Assembly (NCBI GenBank): GCA_964439435.1
Contig: CAYTOF010000002.1
Location: 4,033 to 68,032, forward strand
Source of the DNA: an uncultured Oscillospiraceae bacterium
Lineage (GTDB): Bacteria; Bacillota; Clostridia; Oscillospirales; QAMX01
DNA length: 64,000 nt
Direction of reading: 5' to 3'
In this document: in pieces, positions 21,049 through 30,812 of the stretch
Numbering within the stretch: position 1 is the stretch's first letter
How the letters are laid out: each line of letters begins with the position of its first letter
Made by a program: the position numbers and the translations under genes
Notes under the pieces: generated by a model
Seen by the model: the letters and a program-made list of their open reading frames with translations, nothing else
Database searches by the model: none
Told to the model about the DNA's origin: nothing

Positions 21049-22476
21049 ATGCCTCATCAAATATATAGAGACCCCTTTTCTCAAAGATGGACAAGTAAAG
21101 AAATGCTGCAAATTTTTTCTGAAGATGAAAAATTTCGGACTTGGCGTAAGCTATGGGTCGAATTGGCACGAGCTCAGCAAAAGCTTGGTTTGAACATTGC
21201 GGACGAGCAGATCAACCAGTTGGAAGAGCAAAAAAATAATATTGACTACGATGTAGTAGCGCAACTGGAAAAACAAGTGCGACATGATGTGATGGCGCAT
21301 ATAAAAGCATATGGAAAGGCATGTCCCGACGCTGCGGGTATTATTCATCTTGGTGCGACAAGCTGTTATGTTGGTGACAACGCAGATGTCATACTAATCC
21401 GAAAAGGCTTGTCGCTCCTTAGAAGAAAACTTCTTACTGTTATAGGAAATCTTGCTGAATTTGCCAAAAAGTACAAATCAATGCCAACTCTTGCCTACAC
21501 TCATCTTCAGCCTGCACAGCCAACTACGGTTGGCAAACGTGCTTGTTTGTGGTTATATGACTTCTTAAATGACTATAAAGAGATGAACCTACGAGAAAAC
21601 ACATTGAAGATGCGTGGAGTTAAAGGCGCATCAGGAAGCCAGGCTAGCTTTTTAGAGCTTTTTGACGGAGACCATCAAAAAGTAAAGGATCTTGAGAGGT
21701 TAGTCGTAAATGCTTTCAATTTTAATGCAGCGGAGCCGGTAACAGGTCAGACTTATACGAGAAAAAACGATTATTATATTTTGTCCTGTTTGTCAGGCCT
21801 TGCACAAAGCGCATCAAAGTTTGCAGCTGACCTCAGATTGCTGCAATCAATGAAGGAAATTGAAGAACCTTTTGAATCCTCGCAAGTTGGCTCTTCCGCC
21901 ATGCCATATAAGCGCAATCCAATGCGAAGCGAACGCATCAATGGAATAGCTCGTCATCTTATTTCTCTTACTCAAGATGCTGCGAATACAGCTGCGACTC
22001 AATGGTTTGAACGAACTTTAGATGACTCTTCCAATAGAAGGATATTTATACCTCAGAGTTTTCTTGCTGCAGATGCCATTTTGGAGCTTTGTGCCAATAT
22101 AACAGCAGGTCTTGTTGTATATCCAAAAGTCATAGAAAAAAATTTACTTGCTGAATTGCCCTTTATGGCAACTGAAAATATATTGATGATTGCAGTTAAG
22201 GCGGGAGGGAATAGGCAGATTCTTCATGAAAGGCTCAGAGTGCATGCGATGGCTGCCGGTAAAAAAGTAAAAGAAGAGGGTGCTTCAAACGATTTGATTG
22301 AAAGAATAGAAAATGATAAGTTGTTCAATATAACGAAAGAAGAACTATATAGTTGTCTTGATCCGATTAAGTATATTGGTCGCAGTCCGGAACAGGTGGA
22401 TGAATTTTTGGCATGTCATGTCAACGTTGTTGTAGGAGGGTTGCATGCCGCCTCAGCAGGAGAGTTGAGAGTGTAG
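21049..22476 (+). CDS. purB: adenylosuccinate lyase
   Basis: Fumarate-lyase signature GSSAMPYKRNP. The N-terminus YRDPFSQRWTSKEM is typical of PurB. ATG at 21049 lies 6 nt after AAGGAG. Confidence 0.93.
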   Translation: MPHQIYRDPFSQRWTSKEMLQIFSEDEKFRTWRKLWVELARAQQKLGLNIADEQINQLEEQKNNIDYDVVAQLEKQVRHDVMAHIKAYGKACPDAAGIIHLGATSCYVGDNADVILIRKGLSLLRRKLLTVIGNLAEFAKKYKSMPTLAYTHLQPAQPTTVGKRACLWLYDFLNDYKEMNLRENTLKMRGVKGASGSQASFLELFDGDHQKVKDLERLVVNAFNFNAAEPVTGQTYTRKNDYYILSCLSGLAQSASKFAADLRLLQSMKEIEEPFESSQVGSSAMPYKRNPMRSERINGIARHLISLTQDAANTAATQWFERTLDDSSNRRIFIPQSFLAADAILELCANITAGLVVYPKVIEKNLLAELPFMATENILMIAVKAGGNRQILHERLRVHAMAAGKKVKEEGASNDLIERIENDKLFNITKEELYSCLDPIKYIGRSPEQVDEFLACHVNVVVGGLHAASAGELRV

Positions 22477-22548
22477 TGGAACACTACTATTAGCCGGGGT
22501 GAGTACGATTATGATTTCAAAAAGGTTATAAAACGAATATATTATTTC

Positions 22549-22577
22549 TTGATATTACAAAGACACTGTGATATAAT
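22549..22577 (+). promoter_or_regulatory. candidate sigma-A promoter for the zinc-ribbon membrane protein pair
   Basis: TTGATA (22549-22554), 17 nt, TATAAT (22572-22577), with an extended TG (TGaTATAAT). Confidence 0.55.
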
Positions 22578-22627
22578 CTATCCGTATTAAGATAACAAAA
22601 CTATGAAAAAGAGATGAGGGAATAATT

Positions 22628-23245
22628 GTGGAAAAGAACAATGCACAACTTGGTAAAATTTTAGTTACCGTGGCTTTCATGCTTGTATTGGCATCTATAA
22701 CGTTCTTTGATACGGCAATACTAGTAATCCTTGTGGCACTTTTTGTAATAGCTTATTTGAGAAAAGAAGATCAGGACAACCTCTTGTCTTTACTGGAAGC
22801 GGTATATGTCACTCTGGCTTTCCAAATCATCAGGTTGATTGAGTATGCTGTTGAAAGCAGCATTAAACAGATTATTGTGTGGGCGGGAGGCAATGCATAC
22901 GGTGTTGTTAATGATATCTTTACTGTATTAAGATTTCTCATAACAGCCGGATTTGCATTTATTGTCATCATAGCACTGATTAACGCTCTTGGCAAAAAAC
23001 CAACAAAAACACTTATAGTTCACAATTTGGCTCTAAAGTCATTTGGCTTGTTTGTACCAAAGCAGGTTGACTATTATCAACAACAACCCTATGACGTTGC
23101 TGCAAATCAACAGTATGCTCCGCCACAACAAACGGAACATACAGAAAACCAACACGCAGTACAAGAAACAGGTGAATGGACCTGTGCTTGCGGTCGAACT
23201 AATACCGGAAGGTTTTGTGCGAGTTGCGGAAAACCTAAAAGCTGA
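22628..23245 (+). CDS. membrane protein with C-terminal zinc-ribbon (function unknown)
   Basis: 205 aa with about 4 TM helices, then a Gln/Pro-rich linker (YYQQQPYDVAANQQYAPPQQ), then WTCACGRTNTGRFCASCGKPK (CxC...CxxC). GTG start. Confidence 0.6.
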   Translation: MEKNNAQLGKILVTVAFMLVLASITFFDTAILVILVALFVIAYLRKEDQDNLLSLLEAVYVTLAFQIIRLIEYAVESSIKQIIVWAGGNAYGVVNDIFTVLRFLITAGFAFIVIIALINALGKKPTKTLIVHNLALKSFGLFVPKQVDYYQQQPYDVAANQQYAPPQQTEHTENQHAVQETGEWTCACGRTNTGRFCASCGKPKS

Positions 23246-23259
23246 TAAAATGAGGGAGG

Positions 23260-23898
23260 ATGAGATTCTTGAATTGTAAAAACTGTGGCAATGAAATTGC
23301 TGAAAACTCTGCGTTTTGCCCCGAATGTGGCACCAAGGTGAGTATTGAAGAAAAAACGCTTGAAGCAGTTGCGGATGTAACAAATATTGAAGAGCAGAGT
23401 ATAGACACGGAGATAGCAGCGACAGAACTGCCCGATTCAACAAGTGATGAATCTGTTGGAGACTATTCTCAAGCAGGAACGTCTGAGGCAGCACCATGGT
23501 ACGAACAACCGGCAGTTGCACCGATTCCTTGGTATGAACAGCCGACACAGCCCGCATATGGCACACCGCCACCAAGTGTGGCACCACCACCTGTTACACA
23601 GGAAACACCTGCACTGTCTACGGCTCAGCCCGTAAGTAAACTCCTTTATATTCTGATGATGATTGTCAATTCTATTCCTTTAGTTGGGTTGATTGTACAC
23701 ATCATATGCATGATAACCGCAAAAAACAAAAACTTTAAAAACTATTGTGCTGCTGTTGTAATTTTGTGGATAGTAGGAATTGTCCTTTCGCTTATAGCGG
23801 CTACAATACTTTACTTTGTTTTCAAAGACTTTTTTGCAGAAATCATGGAAAAGTTTTCTGATGGCAGTCTTATTATCAGCATCAAACCCTTATCGTAA
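23260..23898 (+). CDS. zinc-ribbon domain membrane protein (function unknown)
   Basis: 212 aa. N-terminal CKNCGNEIAENSAFCPECG zinc ribbon, an acidic/Pro-rich linker with a duplicated PWYEQP motif, and C-terminal TM helices. The RBS GAGGGAGG precedes the ATG. Confidence 0.6.
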   Translation: MRFLNCKNCGNEIAENSAFCPECGTKVSIEEKTLEAVADVTNIEEQSIDTEIAATELPDSTSDESVGDYSQAGTSEAAPWYEQPAVAPIPWYEQPTQPAYGTPPPSVAPPPVTQETPALSTAQPVSKLLYILMMIVNSIPLVGLIVHIICMITAKNKNFKNYCAAVVILWIVGIVLSLIAATILYFVFKDFFAEIMEKFSDGSLIISIKPLS

Positions 23899-23916
23899 AA
23901 TCGAAAACGCTAACTA

Positions 23917-23950
23917 TAAGCACGGCTTGGTTCAAATCGAGCCGTGCTTA
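23917..23950 (+). terminator. terminator-like hairpin
   Basis: TAAGCACGGCT / AGCCGTGCTTA form an 11-bp stem with a 12-nt loop, 19 nt after the stop at 23898. The T tail is weak. Confidence 0.4.
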
Positions 23951-23999
23951 GCAATTTCATCAGAATAATTATCTCCGGCAGAAAAGGAAACTGAATAAA

Positions 24000-25283
24000 A
24001 TGAGGAAAAATGTATTGGTTGCCCAATCGGGAGGTCCTTCACCCGTTATTAATGCGTCTCTTCAGGGAATCATCGAAGCCTGTACAGAATACCCAAATAC
24101 TTTTAACAAAATCTATGCCGCTTATCACGGCGTAGAAGGCGTTCTTAAAGAAGAGATGATAGATATCTCCTTAGAGGACAGAAATGAATTGAGCCTTCTT
24201 AAAACAACGCCCTCTGCGGGTGCAATAGGTACGTGTAGGTACAAACTAAAAGAAAATAATATCAAGGATTATGAACGGATTCTTGATGTGTTTAAAGAAC
24301 ATGATATAGGCTTCTTTTTTTATATCGGCGGAAATGATTCGATGGATACAGCGGATAAAATATCAAAACTATCAAAAGACAGAGGCTATGAACTCCATGT
24401 TATAGGTATCCCCAAGACAATCGACAATGACGTAGGGGATGCGGATTTTCGAATGCTAGATCATACACCCGGATATGGCAGTTGTGCCAAATACTGGGCA
24501 TATTTGGCACAAAATGCTGATGAGGAAAATCGTGCAATTTACACATCTGAATGCGTGTCTGTATATCAGGCGATGGGACGCAAGTCCGGATTTGTAACTG
24601 CTGCTGCCAGGCTCGGCGACCCAAATAGAAATATCCCAATGCTGCTGTTTTTTGCTGAGACTGGGTTTTCCCTAGAGCAGCTGGGTTATCGTGTGAACGA
24701 AATGCTGAGACAAGCCGGAAGATGCATAGTTGTTGTGAACGAAGGTTTTGACATTGGCGCAATTCAAGCAAGACATGATGGTTTTGGGCATATTGAGTAC
24801 GGTGCATCCGGTAAAACAGCGATGCAAGCGGTTGTAGATTATCTAAATTCTCAAAAACTGCCTGTTGGAGGCCAAGCAACAGGCCAAATACCGGGAGTGC
24901 TTCAACGTTCGTGTTCGTTGTTTATGTCAGAGGTTGATATGGAGGAAGCATATAACGTAGCAGTGCATGGTGTAAAAATTGCATCAGAAGGAAGAGCGGG
25001 AGTAATGGCCACCATCCAACGGAAAGATGCTCTTGTTTATAAAGCGGTCTACGCAGATATGCCTCTTGCATCTGTTGCGAAAAGTGAACGATTTTTACCT
25101 GAAAAATGGATATCAAAAGAAGGCACTGATGTAAACGATGAATTTGTAAAATATGCAATGCCTTTAATCGGAGAAAGAGATATAGTAATACCCAAAGAAA
25201 ATGGACTCCAACGCTTTGCCAGGCTAAACTATAATTTAGTTCCCCGGAAATTGCCGAAATATGTACCGCAAAACTATGAATAG
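24000..25283 (+). CDS. pfp: 6-phosphofructokinase, probably pyrophosphate-dependent (PFP type)
   Basis: 427 aa. Motifs QSGGPSPVINAS, GGNDSMDTA (Asp at the position that distinguishes PPi-type from the GGDGS of ATP-type enzymes) and IPKTIDND. The phosphoryl donor is inferred only. Confidence 0.8.
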   Translation: MRKNVLVAQSGGPSPVINASLQGIIEACTEYPNTFNKIYAAYHGVEGVLKEEMIDISLEDRNELSLLKTTPSAGAIGTCRYKLKENNIKDYERILDVFKEHDIGFFFYIGGNDSMDTADKISKLSKDRGYELHVIGIPKTIDNDVGDADFRMLDHTPGYGSCAKYWAYLAQNADEENRAIYTSECVSVYQAMGRKSGFVTAAARLGDPNRNIPMLLFFAETGFSLEQLGYRVNEMLRQAGRCIVVVNEGFDIGAIQARHDGFGHIEYGASGKTAMQAVVDYLNSQKLPVGGQATGQIPGVLQRSCSLFMSEVDMEEAYNVAVHGVKIASEGRAGVMATIQRKDALVYKAVYADMPLASVAKSERFLPEKWISKEGTDVNDEFVKYAMPLIGERDIVIPKENGLQRFARLNYNLVPRKLPKYVPQNYE

Positions 25284-25285
25284 GA

Positions 25286-26344
25286 ATGGTTTATATGAAA
25301 ATAGATACGAAAAACAACATCGCTGATTTGATGCGCCCGATATGGAGAGACGGAGGGACAGCATATAGGGAATCGGCAACACCCTTTATAAACAAAGATG
25401 GAATAATCGTCGTTGAGCTACTATATGAACCTAGGCAAATTATTTCCGTTACATCCGCAAATTTGACAAGAAAGTACGTTGAGGGTACTGACTACATAAA
25501 AATCAAAAACGGAATAGAAATAGCCCCTGATGGCAACATTCCATTTATGAGTCGCAGTGAATTGTATCCCGAACAGAAGAGCGATAAGAGTTTTGGAGGT
25601 AGATGTGTTCCATTAATTGCCTTTTCGGAAGGGCATGTTTTTCACGACAGACAAATTAGCATTACATACTCTCATGATGATAATTGGGAAGGCCCGATGC
25701 CTGTTGGTTCGGCGAACAGTCTGCCTAGGTTGAGTGAAAAGATAAGGAGCATGAAACCTCTTAAGATATTGATTTACGGAGACTCGATTGCTACTGGTGC
25801 TAATGCAAGTGGTGTCATGGGAGCTCCGCCATTTCAAAAAGCCTTTGGGGAATTGTTTGCTGAAAAGCTGTCTCTGGACTATGAACTTAAAACAGAAGTC
25901 ATAAACACATCTGTAGGTGGGACAGATAGCGCCTGGGGGCAGAAACACAGCAGCGAACGCGCTGCAGTGCATCGATCGGACTTGGTTGTTATTGCTTTTG
26001 GTATGAATGATGGCAGTGGACATGTTGACGCTGATGTCTTTAATGAAAACATAGCTGGAATAATAGAAAATATTAGAAATAGCAAGAAAGACACAGAGTT
26101 TATACTAGTCACCCCAATGTTGGCTAATCCGGAAGCCTGCCTGTATGGGACACAAGATATTTATAATGCATCTTTGAAAAAACTCGCAGGTGATGGAGTG
26201 GCAGTCGCCGAAGTCACACCTATACATAGGTATCTTCTGTCCAAAAAAGCTTATATCGACATGACTGGCAACAACGTAAATCACCCAAACGATTATTTAC
26301 ACAGAATATACGCACAAATACTTTACAATACATTGTTAACTTGA
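25286..26344 (+). CDS. SGNH/GDSL hydrolase family protein
   Basis: C-terminal SGNH blocks ILIYGDSIATG (block I Ser), GMNDG (block III) and NHPND (block V His/Asp). An N-terminal domain of about 150 aa is unassigned. ATG at 25295 is an alternative start. Confidence 0.75.
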   Translation: MVYMKIDTKNNIADLMRPIWRDGGTAYRESATPFINKDGIIVVELLYEPRQIISVTSANLTRKYVEGTDYIKIKNGIEIAPDGNIPFMSRSELYPEQKSDKSFGGRCVPLIAFSEGHVFHDRQISITYSHDDNWEGPMPVGSANSLPRLSEKIRSMKPLKILIYGDSIATGANASGVMGAPPFQKAFGELFAEKLSLDYELKTEVINTSVGGTDSAWGQKHSSERAAVHRSDLVVIAFGMNDGSGHVDADVFNENIAGIIENIRNSKKDTEFILVTPMLANPEACLYGTQDIYNASLKKLAGDGVAVAEVTPIHRYLLSKKAYIDMTGNNVNHPNDYLHRIYAQILYNTLLT

Positions 26345-26397
26345 CATAAGTTGTGTAAATTAATGCGATTTATTTATTGCAACATGCTTCAATAAGA

Positions 26398-26434
26398 GCC
26401 TTTGCCGCATGCGAATATCAAGTGCGGCAAAGGC
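26398..26434 (+). terminator. 12-bp GC-rich hairpin after the SGNH hydrolase gene
   Basis: GCCTTTGCCGCA (26398-26409) pairs with TGCGGCAAAGGC (26423-26434). It is followed by an A-run rather than a T-run, so intrinsic terminator function is uncertain. Confidence 0.35.
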
Positions 26435-26444
26435 AAAAATACTA

Positions 26445-26473
26445 TTGACAATGACAGAACTATAGGATATAAT
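26445..26473 (+). promoter_or_regulatory. consensus sigma-A promoter of the his operon
   Basis: TTGACA (26445-26450), exactly 17 nt, TATAAT (26468-26473). It lies about 63 nt upstream of the hisZ ATG. Confidence 0.65.
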
Positions 26474-26536
26474 TTTATCACACTAAATCGATAAACAGAT
26501 AAAGGAATTGATTATGACAGAGAGGAATCAAGCTAA

Positions 26537-27766
26537 ATGATTGGAAAAGAGTTTACAACGCCTTCAGGAATGAATGATACATTTGGAAATCGTTGCCAGA
26601 TGATGAGGAGTGCAGACCAAGCTTTGATGAAATGTTATCGTAAAAGAGGCTATTATGAGGTAATGACTCCTTTGTTAGAACACTATGATGTTTTCACAAA
26701 AGCAGTAAGTGCGCTCAAAGATCAAAATATCAGAAAGATTACTGATGGTGGCAACATTTTTGTCATTAGGCCTGATTCTACAACTCCAATCGGCAGATTG
26801 GTCGCAACAAAATTGAAGGAAGAAGCTATGCCATTGAGATTGTGTTATAGCCAAGATATAATTCGTATAACCAATGGCTTGAACCCTGGCACCGCCCAAA
26901 TTCGTCAAAGTGGAATTGAATTGATAGGAGCTACGGGTCTTCGGGCTGAATTGGAAATTGCGGAAACAGCTTTGTCGTCCTTAAAAGAACTTGGGTTGTC
27001 GGGATATAAATTGGAACTCGGCCACGCAGGAATATATAAATCATTAGTAAATGCTGTTGATTTTACGGATGAAGACGAAGAGCTATTAAGAGAACTGATC
27101 GATGAAAAGAATTATCCTGCAATAAATGATTTGCTGAAGCCCTATCGAGTAAAATACACTGCGGAATGCGAAACCCTAATGCAGCTGCCACGTCTTTTTG
27201 GGGATGTAAGGATACTTGACACCGCAATAGAAATTTTTGAAAATGCAGGCGCAAAGACAGCTTTGAAATATCTTTATCAATTATATGCAGCTCTTTCCAC
27301 TCTTGGATTGGATAAAAATATTGTGTTGGATCTGGGATTATCCGGCAATATGAATTACTATACAGGCATTATTTTGAGCGGATATGCATCAGGTGCTGGA
27401 GAACGAGTTTTATCAGGTGGCAGATATGATTCACTATACAGCAACTACGGACTTGAGTATTCTGCTACCGGTTTTGCAATCAATCTTGACGCAGTTTGCA
27501 CTGCTCTTGAAAACTCCGACAAAACAACACCGCAACAAAAGTCGGATGTGATGCTATTTTACACCGAACCTTATGTTGACGAAGCTTTCAATCTAATGAA
27601 AAACATGCATAGAAGAGGGTTGCAGGTTGAGTTCTCAATGGCTGGGGATAGGTTGGCCTCCATAGAAATAGCAAAGCGAAAAGGTATCGATGAGCTGCAT
27701 TGTATAGACGGTACAGGAGATATATTATCTCTCACAATTGAAACGGATAAAGAGGTGAATACATGA
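26537..27766 (+). CDS. hisZ: ATP phosphoribosyltransferase regulatory subunit
   Basis: 409 aa HisRS paralog without an anticodon-binding domain. It sits immediately upstream of, and overlaps by 4 nt, a short-form hisG. Confidence 0.88.
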   Translation: MIGKEFTTPSGMNDTFGNRCQMMRSADQALMKCYRKRGYYEVMTPLLEHYDVFTKAVSALKDQNIRKITDGGNIFVIRPDSTTPIGRLVATKLKEEAMPLRLCYSQDIIRITNGLNPGTAQIRQSGIELIGATGLRAELEIAETALSSLKELGLSGYKLELGHAGIYKSLVNAVDFTDEDEELLRELIDEKNYPAINDLLKPYRVKYTAECETLMQLPRLFGDVRILDTAIEIFENAGAKTALKYLYQLYAALSTLGLDKNIVLDLGLSGNMNYYTGIILSGYASGAGERVLSGGRYDSLYSNYGLEYSATGFAINLDAVCTALENSDKTTPQQKSDVMLFYTEPYVDEAFNLMKNMHRRGLQVEFSMAGDRLASIEIAKRKGIDELHCIDGTGDILSLTIETDKEVNT

Positions 27767-28410
27767 AACCATTGAGAATAGCGGTTACTAAAGGACGTTT
27801 GCTCGACGAGACAATGCTTTTGTTTGAGAGAGCGGGCATTGATTGTTCCGGGTTTTCATCTTCAGATAGACGTCTTATATTACCTATAAGTGACGGAGAG
27901 ATAGAAATTATACTCGCTAAAGCTCCGGACATCATAACTTATGTTGAGTATGGTGTTTGTGATATGGGTATCGTAGGGAAAGATATAATAATGGAGTATG
28001 CCAGTAAACTTTATGAAATATTGGATCTTAAAATCGGAAACTGTTATTTTGCGGTCGCAGGCCTACCGGAATTAAAATTTGCACCAAATGGGAGGAACAG
28101 ACGCGCTGCCACTAAATATATGAATGTCGCTAAAAGACATTTTGACAAACAGAGAAAGGATGTTGATCTGATTAAAATAGAAGGCTCTGTTGAGTTGGCA
28201 CCGCTTCTTGGTCTTGCTGATATGATAGTGGATATAGTTGAAACAGGGAAAACTTTGCATGCTAATGGGCTTGTTGTTTACGAAAAAATACATCCCATAT
28301 CAGCTAGATTGGTCGTTAACAATGCATCAATGAAATTACGCAAGCAGGAGATTGAAACCATTGCCATGAAGCTGGAGCTTGCAATAAACATGGATAAACA
28401 AGGTGTTTGA
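27763..28410 (+). CDS. hisG: ATP phosphoribosyltransferase (short form)
   Basis: 215 aa starting LRIAVTKGRL, with DIVETGKTLHANGL. It lacks the C-terminal regulatory domain, consistent with hisZ dependence. Confidence 0.93.
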   Translation: MKPLRIAVTKGRLLDETMLLFERAGIDCSGFSSSDRRLILPISDGEIEIILAKAPDIITYVEYGVCDMGIVGKDIIMEYASKLYEILDLKIGNCYFAVAGLPELKFAPNGRNRRAATKYMNVAKRHFDKQRKDVDLIKIEGSVELAPLLGLADMIVDIVETGKTLHANGLVVYEKIHPISARLVVNNASMKLRKQEIETIAMKLELAINMDKQGV

Positions 28411-29726
28411 ATATGAGAGAGAGCCTGAAAATCAAAATATTGACAGAGAGAGATATTTACGTTGCTATCGACGAACACAGAAAAAATGAGAGCGCGATAA
28501 ACATTGAAGTCGAAAAAAAAGTCGAAGAAATAATCGCTGAGGTGCGTCTAAAAGGTGACGAAGCAGTTTTGAACTTTGGAAAGAAATATGACGGAATTCG
28601 TCCTGCAAAGATTGAGGTCACTTCGGAGGAAGTGGAAGAGGCTTATAAAGAGACTGACAATGAACTTATTAGAGCTCTGAAACATGCTGCACAGCGTATT
28701 GAAGAATTTCACAAAAATCAAATTGAGCGCAGTTGGTTTACCGTGTCTGATGATAAAACGATGCTGGGGCAAACAGTACGCGGACTCGATCGGGTGGGTG
28801 TTTATATACCCGGAGGCACCGCTGCATACCCATCCAGCGTATTGATGAACATAATACCGGCGCGATTGGCTGGAGTGGGAGAAATTATAGTCGCAACTCC
28901 ACCTTTTAAGTCAAAGAAGGCAAAAATTGGAATATTATCCGCAGTAAAAATTGCCGGAGGAGGAAGAGTATTCCAAATTGGCGGGGCACAAGCCATAGCA
29001 GCTATGGCCTATGGTACAAATACCATACCGAAAGTGGATAAAATCACAGGCCCGGGCAATGCTTATGTTGCCATGGCAAAGGCCAAGTGCTTTGGTGTTG
29101 TTGACATAGACATGATTGCCGGGCCAAGCGAAATTTTGATAATCGCAGATGGCGGAGCAAATGTACGATATATTACCACGGATATGCTTTCTCAAGCAGA
29201 ACATGATGAGCGTTCAACAGCGATATTGGTGACAAACTCCGGAGAGCTTGCGCAAAATGTACGCACAGCTCTGGATAACGAACTTAAATATCTGGATAGA
29301 GCTAAAGTCGCAAGAAGCTCTATTGAAAACAACGGATATATTGTTGTTTGCGATAATCTTGAAAACGCCTGTGAAATCGCAAATAATATAGCGCCGGAAC
29401 ATCTTGAAATCTTAACAGCTGATCCTTTGAATATTTTTCCGCTAATAAGAAATGCAGGTTCAGTTTTTATAGGAGAATTTTCTCCGGAAGCACTTGGTGA
29501 CTATATGGCTGGGCCAAACCATGTTCTTCCTACCGGTGGAACGGCTCGATTCTCCTCTTCTCTAGGAGTGTATAGTTTTCAAAAGAAAAGCAGTTTCGTT
29601 ATGGCTAGCCAAGATCTCCTGCAGAGCCTTTCAGAGGATGTGGTGACAATAGCAAATTATGAAGGTTTGAAAGGACATGCAAATGCAGTTTTATCAAGAC
29701 TTGGCAAAAAAGCGACGGAGGGATAA
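28407..29726 (+). CDS. hisD: histidinol dehydrogenase
   Basis: About 437 aa. Motifs include GPGNAYVA, SQAEHD and APEHLE. ATG at 28413 is the likely start. Confidence 0.93.
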   Translation: MNMRESLKIKILTERDIYVAIDEHRKNESAINIEVEKKVEEIIAEVRLKGDEAVLNFGKKYDGIRPAKIEVTSEEVEEAYKETDNELIRALKHAAQRIEEFHKNQIERSWFTVSDDKTMLGQTVRGLDRVGVYIPGGTAAYPSSVLMNIIPARLAGVGEIIVATPPFKSKKAKIGILSAVKIAGGGRVFQIGGAQAIAAMAYGTNTIPKVDKITGPGNAYVAMAKAKCFGVVDIDMIAGPSEILIIADGGANVRYITTDMLSQAEHDERSTAILVTNSGELAQNVRTALDNELKYLDRAKVARSSIENNGYIVVCDNLENACEIANNIAPEHLEILTADPLNIFPLIRNAGSVFIGEFSPEALGDYMAGPNHVLPTGGTARFSSSLGVYSFQKKSSFVMASQDLLQSLSEDVVTIANYEGLKGHANAVLSRLGKKATEG

Positions 29727-29729
29727 AAT

Positions 29730-30800
29730 ATGCAATGGTCGTTACCGGACAAGGCTTTAAATATAAAACCATATACCTTTGAAGATACTGCATCCAGTTT
29801 TATAAAACTGGATGCAAACGAGAGCTTTATTCCAATCCCCGAACACCTCAGGAAAAAAATGGCTGAGATCGCCTTGTGCACAGATTATAACAGATATCCA
29901 GACCCTTTATCAATGGAAGCAGTCAGCGCTTATTCAAACTATATAAAAATTCCTCAAAGCTGTATAACTGCCGGTAATGGCTCTGACGAACTAATATCAT
30001 TGATTGTGGGAGCTTTTTTAAACAGTGGATCCAGCCTTATGGTTGCACAGCCGGATTTTTCAATGTATAATTTCTATGCTGGTTTAAGTGAAGTCAAATG
30101 TATAGAAATTGAAAAACTAGACGGTGTCAGAAATGATGTAGATATGTTAAGAGAAGCTGTCCAACAGTATCAACCCAATGCAGTTATTTTATCAAACCCG
30201 TGCTCTCCTACCGGAAACGGATTGGTACGAGCAGATATAATGGACCTCGTAGACACTCTTTCGATATTGTGGATTATTGATGAAGCCTATATGGATTTTT
30301 GGGACCAAAGTATAATTAAAGAAGCCATTTCAAGGCCTAATGTGATCGTATTGCGCACATGCTCAAAAGCTTTTGGAATGGCTGCGTTGAGATTGGGGTT
30401 TGCGATATGCAATGAGAGGCTTACTATGGCACTTAGATGCGTAAAGTCACCGGCAAATGTCAATGCTTTAACTGATGCGATGGCTGCAGTTGTAATATCT
30501 GATCATGGTTTTGTTTCAGAGTCCATTAAACTTGTCAAAAAGAATACACAAAGACTGTATGCGAACATAGCCAAGATAGCAAGCAAACATCATCTGTTCA
30601 TCGTCAGTCCTACAGTCGCGAACTTTGTTTATATAGTTCCCAGGACAAAGAAAATTGGCACCGAACTATGGGAACACTTAAAAAAATCCGGAATCGTAAT
30701 AAGAAGATTGCCAAAAGGACTTCGAATAACGACAGGTACAGAGGCAGAAAATCAAATCGTCATCGATGCAATTGACAGATATGCCTCAGTTCAAAACTAA
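29730..30800 (+). CDS. hisC: histidinol-phosphate aminotransferase
   Basis: 356 aa. LDANES near the N-terminus, a PLP lysine in RTCSKAFGMAALRLGF, and operon context. Confidence 0.9.
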   Translation: MQWSLPDKALNIKPYTFEDTASSFIKLDANESFIPIPEHLRKKMAEIALCTDYNRYPDPLSMEAVSAYSNYIKIPQSCITAGNGSDELISLIVGAFLNSGSSLMVAQPDFSMYNFYAGLSEVKCIEIEKLDGVRNDVDMLREAVQQYQPNAVILSNPCSPTGNGLVRADIMDLVDTLSILWIIDEAYMDFWDQSIIKEAISRPNVIVLRTCSKAFGMAALRLGFAICNERLTMALRCVKSPANVNALTDAMAAVVISDHGFVSESIKLVKKNTQRLYANIAKIASKHHLFIVSPTVANFVYIVPRTKKIGTELWEHLKKSGIVIRRLPKGLRITTGTEAENQIVIDAIDRYASVQN

Positions 30801-30812
30801 AAAAAACCTGAG

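Noticed and set aside
23925-23945. GGTTCAAATCGAGCC resembles a tRNA T-arm and loop.
   Set aside because: It is the loop and 3' arm of a simple 11-bp hairpin right after a stop codon. No acceptor, D or anticodon arms can be built around it.
26514-26540. An 8-codon uORF (MTERNQAK) has a stop that overlaps the hisZ ATG (ATGA), suggesting a possible his leader peptide or attenuator.
   Set aside because: It contains no histidine codons, and no alternative terminator/antiterminator structures are visible in the leader of about 60 nt.
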